Assembly: GCA_051453625.1 (NCBI GenBank)
Contig: JBOZIK010000001.1
Span: 20,797,769-20,854,754 of the forward strand
Direction of reading: 5' to 3'
Source: Welwitschia mirabilis
Lineage: Eukaryota
DNA length: 56,986 bases
The notes under the pieces are model-generated. The model had not been told where the DNA came from, made no database searches, and was given only the letters and a program-made list of their open reading frames with translations. Below, one piece after another: positions 54,439-56,986 of the stretch; within the stretch, counting starts at the first letter, position 1, and every line of letters begins with the position of its first letter. Position numbers and translations under genes: made by a program.

Positions 54439-56986
54439 TGTTATAAATATAACAACAATAAAGTACTTAAACAAAATGAAACAATAGGCACATAAAAGGA
54501 GCAACATAGAATTTACGTAATTCGGGCTCTTCTTACCCTACGTCTGCTAGAAACAATGCAGATTGCTATTGATTCATTAAGAGCAAACATGTTAAATCTA
54601 ACAAACAACACTTTAACAGGTTTATATAGCCCTAGGGTTAGGGTTATAAGCCAATCCTCTTTTACAACTTTAAATAGGGGTCNNNNNNNNNNNNNNNNNN
54701 NNNNNNNNNNNNNNNNNNNNNNNNNNNNNNNNNNNNNNNNNNNNNNNNNNNNNNNNNNNNNNNNNNNNNNNNNNNNNNNNNNNNNNNNNNNNNNNNNNNN
54801 NNNNNNNNNNNNNNNNNNNNNNNNNNNNNNNNNNNNNNNNNNNNNNNNNNNNNNNNNNNNNNNNNNNNNNNNNNNNNNNNNNNNNNNNNNNNNNNNNNNN
54901 NNNNNNNNNNNNNNNNNNNNNNNNNNNNNNNNNNNNNNNNNNNNNNNNNNNNNNNNNNNNNNNNNNNNNNNNNNNNNNNNNNNNNNNNNNNNNNNNNNNN
55001 NNNNNNNNNNNNNNNNNNNNNNNNNNNNNNNNNNNNNNNNNNNNNNNNNNNNNNNNNNNNNNNNNNNNNNNNNNNNNNNNNNNNNNNNNNNNNNNNNNNN
55101 NNNNNNNNNNNNNNNNNNNNNNNNNNNNNNNNNNNNNNNNNNNNNNNNNNNNNNNNNNNNNNNNNNNNNNNNNNNNNNNNNNNNNNNNNNNNNNNNNNNN
55201 NNNNNNNNNNNNNNNNNNNNNNNNNNNNNNNNNNNNNNNNNNNNNNNNNNNNNNNNNNNNNNNNNNNNNNNNNNNNNNNNNNNNNNNNNNNNNNNNNNNN
55301 NNNNNNNNNNNNNNNNNNNNNNNNNNNNNNNNNNNNNNNNNNNNNNNNNNNNNNNNNNNNNNNNNNNNNNNNNNNNNNNNNNNNNNNNNNNNNNNNNNNN
55401 NNNNNNNNNNNNNNNNNNNNNNNNNNNNNNNNNNNNNNNNNNNNNNNNNNNNNNNNNNNNNNNNNNNNNNNNNNNNNNNNNNNNNNNNNNNNNNNNNNNN
55501 NNNNNNNNNNNNNNNNNNNNNNNNNNNNNNNNNNNNNNNNNNNNNNNNNNNNNNGCCATGTTAAACCTTTTTAAGACCTTATGAATGTAATTAGATTGAC
55601 TTAACCACAATTTTCCACTTTTTCTGTCTCGCTCAATCCTCATTTCAAGGATTTGTTTTTCCTGTCCAAGGTCTTTTATTGCAAACATCTTTGTCATTTG
55701 TGATTTCAATCTCTATATTTCATGTAAATAATTTTCAATAATTAACATATCATCTACATATAGAAATAGAATGGTAATCTTACTAGTTGTTCTCATCAGA
55801 TAAACACAGTGATCTACTTTGCATCTTTCATATTTTTGTTCCATCATCAAATTGTCAAATTTCTTGTACCATTGCCTAGATGCATATTTTAGGCAATATA
55901 AACTTATCTTCAACTTGCATACCAAGTTCTTGCCATTCCCAAAACCTTCTAGCTATGCCAGAGACGTTTCTTCTTGCACANNNNNNNNNNNNNNNNNNNN
56001 NNNNNNNNNNNNNNNNNNNNNNNNNNNNNNNNNNNNNNNNNNNNNNNNNNNNNNNNNNNNNNNNNNNNNNNNNNNNNNNNTTAGGCCATATAAATTTCTC
56101 TTCAACTTGCATACCAAGTTCTTGCCATTCCCAAAACCTTCTAGCTATTCCATATAAGTTTCTTCTTGCAAATCACCATGCAAGAATGCAGTTTTGATAT
56201 ACAATTGTTCTAATTCTAAATTCATGCAAGCTACCATAAGTAAAATGATATGAATGAAGGTATTCTTAACAACAGGAAAGAAAATTTCATTGAAATTAAT
56301 ACCTTTTTGTTATACAAAACCCTTCGCTATCATTCTAGCCTTGTACTGCTTTGCTTCAGTGGTTTCTTATTTCAACCTACAGATCCACCTGTTTTTCAAT
56401 GCCCTTTCCCCAAGTGGCAAGGGAATTAGCCCCCAAGTATGGTTTTTCTCGAAGGACTCCATTTCCTCATACATAGCCTCCATCCATTTACTAGCATCAG
56501 GATTGCGAATGGCTTCTTGATATGACTCTGGTTCTCTTGCATTTATATAAAGAATATAATTCAATGATGGAGAATACCTGGCAGGTGGTCTGATAGGTCT
56601 AGTAGAATACCTAACCCAATGATATGATGTTTGAAAGTTCTCTATATTTTGATCAAATTCAGGTCTAGTTTTAGGAACATTCTCATGTTCCACTTTTTCC
56701 TCTTTCTCATCAGAGGAGTTGCATTGAGAATCATCTTCAATCATGCGTTGAGTTCTAAATTGACTTGGAATATTGTTAGGCTTTAGAAGGGTGCCAGGAT
56801 CAAATATTTCCTCATTCTGATTCCTTTTCTCTTATTTAAAATACATTATGTTTTCATTAAAAACTACATCATGTGATATAAATACCTTCTTGTCCATAGA
56901 ATCCCACAACCTATAACCCCAATCATCATTGTCATAACCCAAAATCACACATTTTATGGCCCTTTCTCCAAGATTTGAAGCACTCT
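54439..56986 (-). mobile_element. Tork/Tnt1-like Ty1/Copia, 3' part (3' LTR end, RT, integrase C-terminus), nested in the Tat RH domain
   Basis: LTR terminus tgttataaat at 54439. On minus: KCVILGYDNDDWGYRLWD...ISHDVVFNE; EPESYQEAI...WMEAMYEEMES.EKNHTW..IPLPLGERALKNRWI; LYVDDMLI (YVDD 55749-55760); FAIKDLGQEKQILEMRIERDRKSGKLWLSQ. Fewer lesions than its neighbours; an 872-N gap lies inside. Confidence 0.9.

Noticed and set aside
54513..55709. 398-aa and 342-aa ORFs
   Set aside because: Mostly N. Only the first ~50 aa of the minus ORF is real Copia RT.

Overview
This is very AT-rich (visibly below about 30% GC, not computed), CpG-depleted plant nuclear DNA made almost entirely of nested, decayed LTR retrotransposons, with nine N gaps. 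I can support no intact host gene, RNA gene or CRISPR array. From left to right: (i) two copies of a non-autonomous Athila-like family (A) with a tRNA-Asp PBS and no pol (1-1790 and 4125-10607); (ii) the 3' half of a second Athila-like family (element C, 10608-13687); (iii) a Sirevirus-like 3' end and LTR (13690-16251); (iv) a complete gag+protease-only, TR-GAG-like element of that second family (B, 16972-24363) with LTRs, PBS, PPT and TSD, inserted in an older minus-strand Athila-like element; (v) a short island with no recognisable TE and a TATA plus His-tract ORF start (about 25950-27400); (vi) a minus-strand chromovirus (Tekay-like) gag-pol (28150-32600) followed by two related tandem arrays; (vii) a minus-strand Sirevirus (about 34950-48381) carrying a 4.7 kb Tekay-like solo LTR in its env-like ORF and a 230 bp solo LTR in its RT; (viii) a Tat-clade Gypsy with PROT-aRH-RT-RH order (TatII, reported from gymnosperms) at 51800-54438, interrupted by (ix) a younger Tork/Tnt1-like Copia running off the window end. 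The best lead for novelty is an antisense ORF shared by B and C that shows codon-level constraint although these elements lack pol. A gymnosperm host is inferred; a GC-poor gnetophyte such as Welwitschia is a guess I cannot confirm.
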